In this document: positions 63,930 through 64,000 of the stretch, piece after piece
Layout: every line of letters starts with the position of its first letter
Numbering within the stretch: the stretch's first letter is position 1
Assembly: GCF_001194135.2 (NCBI RefSeq)
Contig: NC_068988.1
Location: 49,685,007 to 49,749,006, forward strand
Length of the DNA stretch: 64,000 nucleotides
Direction of reading: 5' to 3'
Source of the DNA: Octopus bimaculoides
Lineage: Eukaryota
The notes under the pieces: generated by a model
Database searches by the model: none
Seen by the model: the letters and a program-made list of their open reading frames with translations, nothing else
Told to the model about the DNA's origin: nothing
Program-made: the position numbers and the translations under genes

Positions 63930-64000
63930 TTGTGTGCGTGTGTGTGTATGCATGTTGGTATATATAAATACATACACAAACGCAGATACACACAGATATA

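Overview
This is AT-rich, repeat-saturated eukaryotic non-coding DNA from a gapped assembly: about 22 N-runs totalling roughly 7.4 kb, almost all flanked by microsatellites. The SINE families and microsatellite load resemble octopus/coleoid genomes; that assignment is an inference from recognition, not a database result. I could not support any host protein-coding exon, rRNA, true tRNA or CRISPR array, and nearly all listed ORFs are microsatellite or N-gap artefacts. Recognisable content: four tRNA-type or SINE-like families; decayed non-LTR fragments (R4/Dong-like, HERO-like, RTE-like); Penelope-like element (PLE) fragments; two mariner relics; Chapaev3-like and Sola-like relics; a piggyBac-type MITE; and four long palindromes. 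The most interesting signal is a set of type I hammerhead-ribozyme-like motifs, each with a self-complementary stem III, associated with PLE remnants and microsatellite-inserted non-autonomous elements. One of them (41963-42037, plus strand) retains every conserved catalytic-core nucleotide. PLE-associated dimeric hammerheads are a known class, so these are probably unannotated instances rather than a new system. All alignments, folds and family names were done by eye and need computational confirmation.
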